In this document: positions 19,023-29,727 of the stretch, piece by piece
Numbering within the stretch: the first letter of the stretch is position 1
Layout of the letters: every line of letters begins with the position of its first letter
Assembly: GCA_965240325.2 (NCBI GenBank)
Contig: OZ251239.1
Location: forward strand, 620,001-684,000
Origin: Rebecca billardiae RCC1528
Taxonomy: Eukaryota; Protista; Haptophyta
Length of the DNA stretch: 64,000 nt
Direction: 5' to 3'
Made by a program: the position numbers and the translations under genes
Notes under the pieces: model-generated
What the model was told of the DNA's origin: nothing
The model's database searches: none
What the model saw: the letters and a program-made list of their open reading frames with translations, nothing else

Positions 19023-20522
19023 ATGAACGGCGACGCCGGACCCGCCGTCGAGCAGGCCGACCGCGACGACGCGTCGCTCGCGCGCGTGTCGCCCACGCCC
19101 GAGCTGCTCCTGCCGCCCGAGTTCGCCGAGTCCCACGTGGACAAGTTCTCCGTCTCGTTCTCGCGGGCGGTGTTTGACGGCTGGGCGGTGCAGCCCTCGC
19201 CGTGCTGCGCGGCCGCGTCGGTCGCGGGCGCGTGCAACGCGGCGCTCGGGCTGCGCACCGGCACGCCCGGCGCGCTTCGGCACGAGCACATCGCCGCGCT
19301 GCTCCACGGCCTCGTCGCCGACCAGGCCGCCCGCCGGCGCGCGAGCGTCGAGCGCCTGCTCGGTGGCCTCTCGATCGAGCCGGCGCTCGGCGCGCTGCGC
19401 GAGGCGCTCGCGGCGGAGGGGCGGAGCCTGGGCGGGCGGAAGGAGGCGGGGTGCAAGCCGAAGGAGGCGATGGCCCGTCTCAAGGCGCTCTGCCTCGAGC
19501 GCGCACCCGCCGCCGCCCCGCCCGGCGACGCAGCGCAGCCGCCGCCTGCCGACTCGCCGCCAGCCACAGCCGAGATGTGGGCAGCGCTTCGGGACGTGTT
19601 CTTCGGCGGCAGCGCGGACGCGGGCGAGGCGGAGGCGGAGGCGGAGGCGGAGGAGGCCGACGACGCGGACGACGCCGACGAGGCCCTCGTCGCCGAGCCG
19701 CTCAAGCCGTCCGGCGCGTCGGCGGCGGGCGCCCACAAGGGCGCGCGCGTCGCGCTACGGGGTGTGCTGTCCAAGCTCTCTGCGTGCGAGCAGCTCGGCC
19801 CGGCGCAGCCGCGGCTGGCGACGACGCACATCGGCAACTGGGGCATCACCGGTGCGGTGCGTGCGCTCCAGGACCGCCGCTTCCTCGGCTGGGCCGCCGC
19901 CGACGCGCGCCTCGGCGAGCTGGCCGCGGGCGCGCGCGCCGCCGAGGCCCTCGCCGGCCCGCGCGGCGACGAGGGCGGCGACGAGGGCTGGGGCGACGGC
20001 GGCGCCGCGGAGAATGCGCCGCCGTCGGCCGCGCTCGGCGCCGAGCATCGCGGCACGGCCCTCGCCTGCTCGACCGCCGACGGCGCCGCCTTCGCCCCCG
20101 TCGCCCGCCGCGCGTGCGCGCTGAGCGCGCGCACGCTTGCGTCGCTGCGGCTGCGCGGTCAGACGGCACCGCGGATCGTCGTGAGCAAGCGCGACGGCGA
20201 GGAGGAGAAGGAGGCGGCGTGGCGCGCGCTCAGCGCGGCGTTCGCGCGGCCGCGCTGCGCGCTGCTGATCCACGCGAAGAACCACTACGCGCTCATCTTC
20301 GCGCTGCGCGAGTGGTGGGCCATGCCCGCCGACGGCGGCGGCGCGGCGGGCGCCGCCGAGCCGGTGCGCGTGCGGCAGCTGCTGAGCGCGCGCAAGGGCC
20401 AGCGGCCGACCGCGTGGCTCGACTGGACGGAGGTGCACCGCACGCTCTCGGGCTGGGCCGGGTACGCGATCATCGAGATCGCCGAGCTGCCAGCCGCCGC
20501 GGCCGACGGCGAGTCGTGCTGA
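19023..20522 (+). CDS. BIVM-like / peptidase C39-like fold protein
   Basis: 499-aa ORF with motifs AVQPSPCCAAASVAGACN, IGNWGI, LLIHAKNHYALIF and a C-terminal WLDWTEV. These resemble the Q-x-C...NHY arrangement of BIVM/C39-like proteins. Confidence 0.6.
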   Translation: MNGDAGPAVEQADRDDASLARVSPTPELLLPPEFAESHVDKFSVSFSRAVFDGWAVQPSPCCAAASVAGACNAALGLRTGTPGALRHEHIAALLHGLVADQAARRRASVERLLGGLSIEPALGALREALAAEGRSLGGRKEAGCKPKEAMARLKALCLERAPAAAPPGDAAQPPPADSPPATAEMWAALRDVFFGGSADAGEAEAEAEAEEADDADDADEALVAEPLKPSGASAAGAHKGARVALRGVLSKLSACEQLGPAQPRLATTHIGNWGITGAVRALQDRRFLGWAAADARLGELAAGARAAEALAGPRGDEGGDEGWGDGGAAENAPPSAALGAEHRGTALACSTADGAAFAPVARRACALSARTLASLRLRGQTAPRIVVSKRDGEEEKEAAWRALSAAFARPRCALLIHAKNHYALIFALREWWAMPADGGGAAGAAEPVRVRQLLSARKGQRPTAWLDWTEVHRTLSGWAGYAIIEIAELPAAAADGESC

Positions 20523-20863
20523 CGCAGCCCTCTGGCTCTGCGCTGCCACTGCGCTCGGGCTGCGGGCTGCTTGCACTTTGCAGCTTGCCGCTTGGCACGT
20601 CTTGTTGGCAGAGCTGACGCAGCAAACGTGACGACTCGTGTCAGGCGTGACGCGATACTGAGACTTTTCGTGACTACTAACTTTTACCATACCCCTCAAT
20701 ACACTACTAAAGTAGGCTGTCCGACTCTACACTGCTGTGTAGCCAGCGGAGGGGGGCCGGACAGGCTATCAATACACGGGGTAAATTGTTGCGCATGTTA
20801 CCAGCCGGCAGATCGGGGGCGGCCGAGGGACGACCGGCGCCGACGGCCGTGCGGGCGCCAAAC

Positions 20864-22861
20864 ATGGGCACCCTCACGCGCACCGCGCTCGCCGTGGGGC
20901 TGGCGGCTCTGGCTGGCGTGGCGTTCTTTCTCACCTTCACCGCGTCGACGCCAGCCATCGGCCCGCGCGACGGCTCAGCGCCGGTCCCCGAGTCAGTCCT
21001 CGCGCCGACGACTGTGGGGCCGAACCACCGGTGGGGCACGGCCTGCGCGCACTGCATGCGCACGCGGTGCAACCACCGCATGCCGACGAGCTGTGCGGCC
21101 CGCAAGGGCTACCTCCACAGGCACGGCGACCAGACGAACGTGTGCATGTGCGGCTGCTGCCGCGGCCAGTGCCGCTTCCCCAAAAATTGCCAGGCGCACT
21201 CCAGCGCGTATGCGCCAGCGACGGGCGCTCCGACGGGCGGGTCCGGGCTGGGCGGCCTCCTAGGGGGCTCGTTCCTTGCGGCGCCGGGCAGCATCGTGCC
21301 CTGCCTCGGCAGCCCTCCGTGCATCGACCCGACCGACAAGTTCGCCCTCGTCGTGGAGTCGGCGATGCCGGAGCAGGGGAAGCTGATGGTCGAGTTCTTT
21401 AACAAGCCCGCGAACTGCTCGGGCAAGCTGTACTCGTTCCAGGGCGTGTACGCGGTGCTGCCCTCCGCCGACGGCACGTCGCTCGTGACCACGCCGCTCA
21501 ACGACCCATCGCTCGCGTGCACCACCACGCCGTGCACGCTCAACGCGAACACGCACACCGCCGTCCTTCCGATCTCGCACACGCAGCCGGTCATCCTGGT
21601 CGCGCCCATCGCCCAGAACCCGATCATGATGTCTGGCACGATCTGGTACTCGGAGCTCGGGGCGTACAACTGCAGGACGTCGATGAACGAGCAGAGCCCG
21701 AAGCCGCCCATCTCCATGTTCGAGATCTCCATGGACTGCAACCGCGCGGCGTTCCTTGACACGACGTACATGAACGGGCTGTCGAATACATTCAGGGTGG
21801 CGTCGACGCAGCCGTGGCAGCCCGACGGCAGCGGCAAGCCGCCGGGGCCGCTGTCGTGCATGCCGAAGGCGCCCGGCGCGGCGTTCCCCGACCTGGTCTG
21901 GGGGAAGGACCCTGCGACGCAGAACCTGGCCCTGCGCTCCCCGCTCTACCCGCCGAACCCGAGCTACGACTGCTCCAAGTTCTCCGGCAAGAACCTCTTC
22001 TCGTGTGCCAACCCGCCGTGCGACCCGGACTGCTTCGACAACGTGCAGGCCCTGCAGCAGTGCCCGTCCGAGCTGGCCAACAACGTGTGTGGGCAGCACA
22101 AGTGCAGGCTGGAGATGGCCAAGTACGTGGCGGACCCGACGAGCTACTGCTACTGGCTGAACACCGTGTCTGGCTGCCTCGGCTACTGCTGGGCGATGGC
22201 TGAGTTTGACTGCCTCGACCCGCAGTGTGGGTACACGCTCGACCGGACGGTGGCGGACAAGCCGCTGTGGCAGAACGACACGGTGTGCGGCCAGCTGGAC
22301 AGCCTGGCCAAAGCAGCCACGAGCGCGAAGCCGTGGAACAAGTACTCGTGCGGCACCGAGCAGATGGCCGCCCCGGGCAGCAACCGCTTCTGGTGGAGCA
22401 AGCCCGCGGACAGGGGCTGCGCGTCGAGCGCGATGAACCCCGGGCGCACGGCGAGTGTGAAGGCGAACGAGATGGTCAAGGTGACGGTCAGCAGGCCGAG
22501 TGGCGCCGGCTGGGTGGCGCAGCCGGTGTCGGACTACGGCATCTGCATGCACGATGGCGCCTCGTGCAGCCCAGCCACCTGCGGCTGCTGCGAGGTGAGC
22601 GTGGCCGGAGGCTTCGGACTGTACACCTGTGCCGGCGCAGCTGCGAGCTGCGAGTGCGGCGGCGCCAAGAACACGTCGTACGCGCGCCCCGGATGGACGA
22701 TGAAGTGCCCGTACCCCAATTCGGCGGGCGTCATTCCCAACTGCTCCCCGGGCCAGAACTGCCCGCCAGCGCCGAGCTCGCCGGGGACACCCGTGACATG
22801 CCCACCCGCACCCGGCAGCACGGGCGGTCTGCCCTGGCCGCCAAGCAGCGTGTGCCCCTGA
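20864..22861 (+). CDS. Secreted or signal-anchored Cys-rich protein with a thaumatin-like domain
   Basis: Hydrophobic N-terminus (ALAVGLAALAGVAFFLTF). PISMFEISM...FLDTTYMNG resembles thaumatin P.TLAEFT...YDVSLVDG, and GYCWAMAE resembles AYSYAYDD. Many Cys. Confidence 0.65.
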   Translation: MGTLTRTALAVGLAALAGVAFFLTFTASTPAIGPRDGSAPVPESVLAPTTVGPNHRWGTACAHCMRTRCNHRMPTSCAARKGYLHRHGDQTNVCMCGCCRGQCRFPKNCQAHSSAYAPATGAPTGGSGLGGLLGGSFLAAPGSIVPCLGSPPCIDPTDKFALVVESAMPEQGKLMVEFFNKPANCSGKLYSFQGVYAVLPSADGTSLVTTPLNDPSLACTTTPCTLNANTHTAVLPISHTQPVILVAPIAQNPIMMSGTIWYSELGAYNCRTSMNEQSPKPPISMFEISMDCNRAAFLDTTYMNGLSNTFRVASTQPWQPDGSGKPPGPLSCMPKAPGAAFPDLVWGKDPATQNLALRSPLYPPNPSYDCSKFSGKNLFSCANPPCDPDCFDNVQALQQCPSELANNVCGQHKCRLEMAKYVADPTSYCYWLNTVSGCLGYCWAMAEFDCLDPQCGYTLDRTVADKPLWQNDTVCGQLDSLAKAATSAKPWNKYSCGTEQMAAPGSNRFWWSKPADRGCASSAMNPGRTASVKANEMVKVTVSRPSGAGWVAQPVSDYGICMHDGASCSPATCGCCEVSVAGGFGLYTCAGAAASCECGGAKNTSYARPGWTMKCPYPNSAGVIPNCSPGQNCPPAPSSPGTPVTCPPAPGSTGGLPWPPSSVCP

Positions 22862-23163
22862 CCGGACCTGCGCGTCGACGGCTCCGCACCCGGCTTCACA
22901 GTGTCAACCCGCATCCGGCGCATCCGCCCGCTCCGTGTCACTCACACGTACTGTCCGAGTGCTCACTACAGAGCAAAGTTCGATGTACTCAGTCTGTCAG
23001 TCACTCGCGAATCCAGGCCTGTGACTGTAGTCTGTACAGTAAGTCAGTATCGTTCCAGGCGACGACGACTCAGTGATGTCTGATGACTCATGATCAATAA
23101 GAGTAAACTGCTTTAGATGTCGTTACAGTACTACTGTACCAGTGTACCTCGTCGTGACTGTAT

Positions 23164-24479
23164 GGCGGGCCGTAGGTCCGCCCCTTGTAGTGCCCGGGAA
23201 AAAGATAAGAAAAAGATAAGAAAAAGAAAATCCTCGCCAAGAAAAGAAAATCGCCTCGCTCACTACCGGGCGCCCTCGCAGCTCCCACTGGGGACGCTCG
23301 GCCGAAAACCATCTGGCGCCTGGCGCGGAGCGCGTGGGCGGCGCGCGCCGAATCCAACGCCAGCGCGGACATCGCGAGAGGACTCCCGAACGGTGTTTTC
23401 GCCCGATTCGCGATTGCTGCCCTCGTCGTCTCGCGTGCAGGTCGAACGAGGGCCAAAGTCGACGCGTTTGGAGGTACGCTCGGCGCGTCGACACGATCGT
23501 GCGACCTGGGGCGGTCCTCGCCCGACTTGCACGTCGAGCGCTCGCATGAGCCATAGCATCAAGCGCTGCGCACGATGGCCGCCTCGCTCGATTCACCGTC
23601 GCGCGTCGGGCTCGGTGCGGAAAGGCCCTCATCACGAGGTGTCTCGCGGGCGGGAAGCGCCATCCCACGCGACGCAAGATTTGGCGCGGCCTTCTGAACA
23701 CCATAACCGGAATCCACACACCGGACTATGTATCCAGGTGCCCCGGTTGGCAAGGTCGGGCGCATGCAAATCCGTTTGCTACGGTCGGTGGCGTTGTCCG
23801 GCCTGCATGGCGTCGACGGTGGCCAATGCGACGGAGGGGCAGCGCAAAGCGGCGTACGACGCGCACTGCACGCACCTGCTGGGTCTGCCGCCGTGGCAGG
23901 AATCGCGTCTTCGCGAGTCGGCGACTGAGGCGACAGCGCGCTATCACCGATCCCAGATGCGCACTGTCCGCGACGAGATGAAACGTCGCGCGTGCAGAAT
24001 CGCCGCCCCATCCTCCACCATGGCACGGGCGCTGCGGGACGAGGCCGACGTCGTGAAGCCGGTGACGCATGCGCTGCGCTTCCTGTGCCTGCTCGAGCAG
24101 CGCGTGCCCACCCTCGATCGCGAGTGGCACACGCTCTCGCACTGCGCGCGCGCGCACCACCAACAGCTCCTGATACCGCCGAACGTGCGAGTGCCGGACC
24201 TGTCGCACGGAGCGGCGAGCGCCGACGAACGCTTGGACCTGGACGCGCTGTTGCGCAGCGTGGCGGCCGTGCACGACGCCGACGCGACCTTCGCCGAACC
24301 TCGTGCCCGGAGCGGACATTGGCATCCTCGCGACACACGATCTCAGCTGGCGGCAGGAGGAGATGCTCTTTCGTCATCCTGCCCGTAAAAACGCTAAAAG
24401 GCGCGAACCCGCTGGGGAAATATTGCGACAGCACTGGCACGGCCCGCCGACCCCCCCGCCCGCCAGGGCACAGTTTTTT
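23164..24479 (+). mobile_element. Helentron-like non-autonomous element, second copy without the nested insertions
   Basis: Reverse-complement homologue of 9407-13511 lacking both family X elements. Starts T|GGCGGGCCGT, has subterminal ACGGCCCGCC at 24439-24448, and ends ...GGGCACAG followed by T7. No TSD. Confidence 0.75.
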
Positions 24480-24632
24480 TGGTCCTGCTCGGCTCCCCGC
24501 GAGCACGCGGGTTGCGGCGAGGCGCGCCTGGCGCGGAGGTGGCGACCGGTCGCCCCCGACGCGCGTCGGCTTCGCCAGCTGAGCGGCCGCCCGGCTGGTC
24601 ATCGTCCTTCATCGCGTCCAGCGAAAGCGGAC

Positions 24633-27449
24633 ATGGGCTCCGCGGAGGAGCCGGATGGCATCGGCGCGGCGTGCACGCCCTTCTTCCAGCAGGAGGCGCT
24701 CACGACGCGCATCGCCAACATCCTCGAGGAGTACCCGCCCGGACTCTCCACGCTGCGCGAGTTTGTGCAGAACGCGGACGACGCGCGCGCGAGCCAGCTG
24801 GTGCTCTGCCTGGACATGGCGGCGCACGGGGCGGAGGGCGCGCTCACGCCGGAGATGGCCGAGTACCTCGGCCCCGCCCTCGTCGTGTGGAACGACGCGC
24901 TCTTCTCCGAGGCCGACTTCGCCTCCATCGCCTCCCTCGGCCGCTCTCGGAAGCGCGAGGACGCGCAGACGATCGGCAAGTGGGGTCTCGGCTTCAACGT
25001 GTCGTACCACTTCACCGACGTGCCGCAGTTCGCGTCGGGGCGGAGCGTCGTCGCCTTCGACCCGCAGCGCCGCGCGCTGCCGCGCGCCGAGCTCGGCGTG
25101 CGCGCGGACATGACGCGGCCCGCGTTCGCGCGCGCGCACCCAGCGGCATGGCGGCCGCTGCTCGACATCGCCGCCGCGCTCGAGGGCGCGGCGGCGCCGG
25201 CGGACGTGCCCGCGCCGCTCGGATCGACGGTGTTTCGCCTGCCGCTGCGCACGCCCGCGCAGGCCGCGCGCTCGCTCCTCTCCGCCCGCCCGGTGCCCGC
25301 GGACGAGTGCGCCGCGCTGCTGCGCGCCGCGGCCGCGCCTTCCGAGCTCGGCCAATGGCTGCTGTTCACGCAGAGTCTACGGCGCGTGCGCGTGTGCGTG
25401 CGGGGCGAGGACGGCGCGGTGCGCGAGCTGGGCTGCGCGGAGGTCGCCGTGCCCGCCGACGCCGCCGCCGCCGTGCTGCTCGCCCGCGAGCGCCGGGCGA
25501 TGGCGGTGCTGGGCGCCGCGGCCGCGCCACTGCCTGAGGGCGGCGGCGGCGGCGGCAGCGGGGGCGTCGGCGGCGGCGGCGGCGGCGTCGGCGGCGCCGC
25601 GCAACCGCCCGAGGGCGGCGGCGGAGGCGGCGGCGGCGGCGGTGGCGAGGCGGACGCGGCGGTGGCGGCGGCGACGACGGAGGACCCGCTCACGTTCGAG
25701 CTCGAGCTGCGCGTGCACGCGGGCGGCGCCGCACACAGCACGCAGCGCTGGCTGCTGTGCGCAGGAGTGCACGCGGACGAGGCGGCGCGGCGGCTGAGCG
25801 GAGCGCTGGGCGCGGGCTCGGTGGCGTGGGCCGCTGTCGCGCTGCCGCTTGGCGTGGCGTCGGCGCCGCTCGGCGGCCGCGCGTTCTGCTTCCTGCCGCT
25901 GCCGGTGACCACGTGCCTCCCCGTCCACGTCAACGCCGCCTTCGCACTCTCCGCCTCGCGCACGCACCTCTGGGCGGACACCGAGGGCGGCGGCGGCGGT
26001 GGCGGCGGCGGTGGCAGTGGCGATGGCGGCGGCGGCGGCGGCGGCGGCGGCTCCGGCACGGTGGGCGGCGGCGCGGCGCGCGCGCGAGGCTCGGAGGGTG
26101 AGACGGCGGGCGGCGGCGGGCACGCCGGCTCGGCAAAGGCGGAGTGGAACCGCATGCTCGCAACCGAAGCGATCCCAAGGCTCTGGGCGGCTGCACTCGC
26201 GACAGTTGGGGCGCGCGCGCTCGCGGACGCGCGCGCCGGCTTCGCCGAGCGCGCGCGCGCGACGCTCGAAGCGTCGTTCCCCGGGCTGGCGGCGAGCGCG
26301 GCGCTGCCGCCGCTGTGGGCGGGCACGCACGCGCGGGCGGTGCAGCTGTGCCACGCGCGAGGGGTGCCGCTCGCGTGGGATCAGGCCGCGGCGCTGCCAG
26401 TGCCGCTCGCGCGCGCCGCGCTCTCTGGCGTGCGGCTCGCGACGCATCCGCAGCTGTGGGCACTGCGCGGCGCGCTCGGCGCGCGCGGCGTGTCGCTGTG
26501 GCGCGCGCCGCGCGGCGCGGCGCGCGCGCTCGGCGCGGCGGGCGTCGCGCTGCCGCGCGCCGGCCGCGCGCAGGTCTGCGACTGGCTGCGCCGCGCCGCG
26601 CCGCGCGCCGACGCGCCGCCGCCGTCGGCGCGCGCCGCCGCGGCCGCGGCCGCGGCTGAGCCGTGGACCGAGCGCGAGTGCGCGCGGCAGCTGCTGATGT
26701 GGCTTCTCTCCGACCTGGCGGGGGCGGAGCCGACGTCGCCGGCGGGGCGGGGCGTGCACCACTGTGGCGCGCCCGCGGCCGAGGCCGAGCGTGCCGCGAG
26801 CCACGACGACGACGACGACGACGACGACAGCGGCGGCGCGAGCGACTCTGCCGATTTGCGCTCCGCCGCGCGCGGCGGCAGCAGCAGCACGGATGGCGAT
26901 GGCGAGGCCGAGGCGTGCGCAGCTGCCTCGGACGCCGACACGGATGGCGGCGTGGCGCCGCGCGGCGCTGGAGGCAGGCGCGCCGCGCGGCGCGCGCGCG
27001 GCAGCGGCGCCGCCGACGCCGCCGACGGTAGCCGGCGGCGCGCGGCTCGGCGCGCGCCGAGTGGCATCGAGTTGCTAGCGGCGGTGCGGCCGGCGCTGCT
27101 GCTGCCTCTGGTGCCGCTGGCGCAGGGCGGGTTGGGAGTGCTGAGCGACGCGCGCGCGGCAGCGAAGGCCGCCGTGCTCGCCGGCGGCCGCGCGGCCGCG
27201 GAGGGCGGCGGTGCCGCGCCGTCGCGCGCGGGCGCGCGCGCGGAGGCGGAGGCGGAGGCGGAGGCGGAGGCGGAGGCGGAGGCGGAGGCGGAGGCGGAGG
27301 CGGAGGCGGAGGCGGAGGCGGGCGCGCCGACTCCCGGTGGCACCGGCGCAGGCGAGGCGGCGGGTGCTGAGAAGGGCGGACGCCGCCTGAACAAGCGCGA
27401 GCGCAGGGAAGCGAAGCGCACGACCAACCAAGCCAAGGCGGCGGCGGCA

Positions 27450-27493
<44 letters not shown>

Positions 27494-29686
27494 GGCAGCG
27501 GCGGCGGTGGCCGCGCGCGGCGGCGCGCGCGCGCAGCGCGCGTCGCCCGCGCGGCAAGCGGCAGCGTCGCCGCAGCAGCTGTCTGCGCAGCCGCGCGCGC
27601 TGCTGCTGTGCCGCGAGGCATGGCACGCGGCCGTGCTCGGCGCGGCGTGCGCGGACGTGGTCGACGGCGCGGCGCTCCGGCTGCCCGGCTGGCGCCGGCT
27701 GCGCGCGCTCGCCGACACCGCCGAGACAAACCTGCGGTGGCTCGACGCGCGCGCGCTGCTGGGCGCACCGTCGCTGATGCGCGCGCTGCTGCCACCGCGC
27801 TGGGAGGGGCGCGCGCGCGTGCGCGTCGCGCGGCGCGAGCTCGAGTGCGACGACGACGCTGCCGCCGCCGCCGCCGACGGCGGCGCGGCGGCCGGTGCGG
27901 CGCGCCTCGCGGCGGCCACCGCGCACCCTGCCTTGGGCGCGCGGCTGCGGCTCCTCTGGTCGCTTGTCGACAGCGCGCACGCGGCCGGCCAGCTGGGCGA
28001 TCGGGAGGTGCGGAGCCTGGCGCGCTGGCCGACGGTGCGGCTGTGGGCGCCGCCGCCACCGCCGCCGGCCGCGGCCGAGCGCAGCGGCGCCGACGGCGGC
28101 TGGGCGGAGCCGAGCGAGATGCAATCTCCCTCACCCGCCGGGGAGATGCAATCTCCCTCACCCACCGGGGAGATGCAATCTCCCTGGGTGGAGCTGATCT
28201 CGGTCGGCGCGGCGCTTGAGGTGCCGCTCCTGCGCCCGGAGGTGTTGCGGCGGATCCCGCCGCACGCGGCGGCGCCGTGTGTCGACGCCGCCGCCGCCGC
28301 CGCCGAGCGCTCAGTGCCGGGCGCGGCCGACGCGGCCGAGCGCGCGGCCGCCTGCGCCGCGCCCGCGCCCGACTCGGCCGCGCTGGGCTTGAGCGCGGCG
28401 CGGGAGCGCGGCGCGGCCGCGGACGCGCCGCCGGCGGAAGGCGCGCCGGCGGACGAGGCGGCGAGACTGCTCGCCCGCCTCGGCGTGGACACGTGCAGCG
28501 CGCGGCAGGGCAGCGCGTGGGTGCGCGCGCGGCTTTGCGTCGGCGCGGAGCGGGTGCCGCCGATTCTCGTCGCCGCGCTCGGCCGGCGGCGCGAGCGCGC
28601 GCAGCAGGCGGCGGGCGCGGGCGCGGGCTCGGCCGCGCCCGCCCGCGCCGCGCACACCGCCGGCGCGCGCACCGCGGAGGGCACACCGCCGCCGGGCGCG
28701 GAGGGCGGCGCTCTCGGCGCGTGCGCGGGCGCGGCTGAGTACGGCCTTGACGCGCCGGCGTGCGCCGCACTTCGCTCGCTGCTTCTCCGGTGGGAGGCGG
28801 GAAGCGCGCGGCGCGGCGAGGCGGGGCTGGGCGGCTTCGGCGCGGGCGCGGCGCGGCGCGGGCACTCGGCGCGCGCCGACGCCGTGCCCGACGCCGTGCC
28901 CGACGACGCGGATGCGGAGGGCGAGGGCTCGGCGGGCAGCGAGAGCGGAGATTCAATCTCCGAGAGCGGAGATTCAATCTCGCCAGCGACGGGCGGTGGC
29001 GGCGACGCGGGTGATGCTCCCTCGGACGCCCCCGCCGAGCCCGGCGCGCTCGAGCACGCCACGCGCGCGCGGCGCCGCCCGGGCCCCGCCGGCGCCGTCG
29101 ACGCGCCGCCGCCGCCGCTGCCGCCCTTTCCGCAGGCGAGCCTCCGCGCGCTGCCCGTCTTCTGCACGCTGGGCGGTGCGCTCGGCGGCCCGCGCTTTGC
29201 GCCGCTTGGGACGGCGGCGTGCTTGCTCATCGCCACGCCCGCCGATCCTGGCGCGGGGCCCTGGCAGCCATACTCCGGCTGGGATCGGGAGCTTGGCCCC
29301 GGACTGGGCGACGCAGCCCTGCTGTCGCTCCGCAGTCCGGACGAAGTCCGGATCCTGCGCGCGGCGGGCGTGCGGCGCGCGTCGGCGTCGGAGCTCGCGC
29401 GCGCCCTCTGCCCGTGGGTCGCGCGCCGCGCGCTGCCCGCGCGCGCGCTGCGCCTGCTCCTCGCCCACGCCGCGCACCGCGCGCGCCGCGCCTCCGCCAC
29501 CGAGCCGCCCGCCGCCGAGCGCGACGCCCTGCTGCGCACGCTCGCCGCCGAGCCCGTCGTCGTGTGCGACGACGGCAGCCGGCGGCGCTGCGCCGTCTTC
29601 GTCGACCCCGAGGACGCGGTGCTCGCCGAAGCACTCTCGCTCGGGCGCGCGGCGCCCGCCGACGCGCCCGCTGACGACGACGCCAA

Positions 29687-29727
<41 letters not shown>

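Noticed and set aside
23117-24632. 423-aa ORF 23117-24388 and the 24303 start of the sacsin-like gene
   Set aside because: Both lie in a Helentron-like repeat whose sister copy does not preserve the frame; no recognisable domain.
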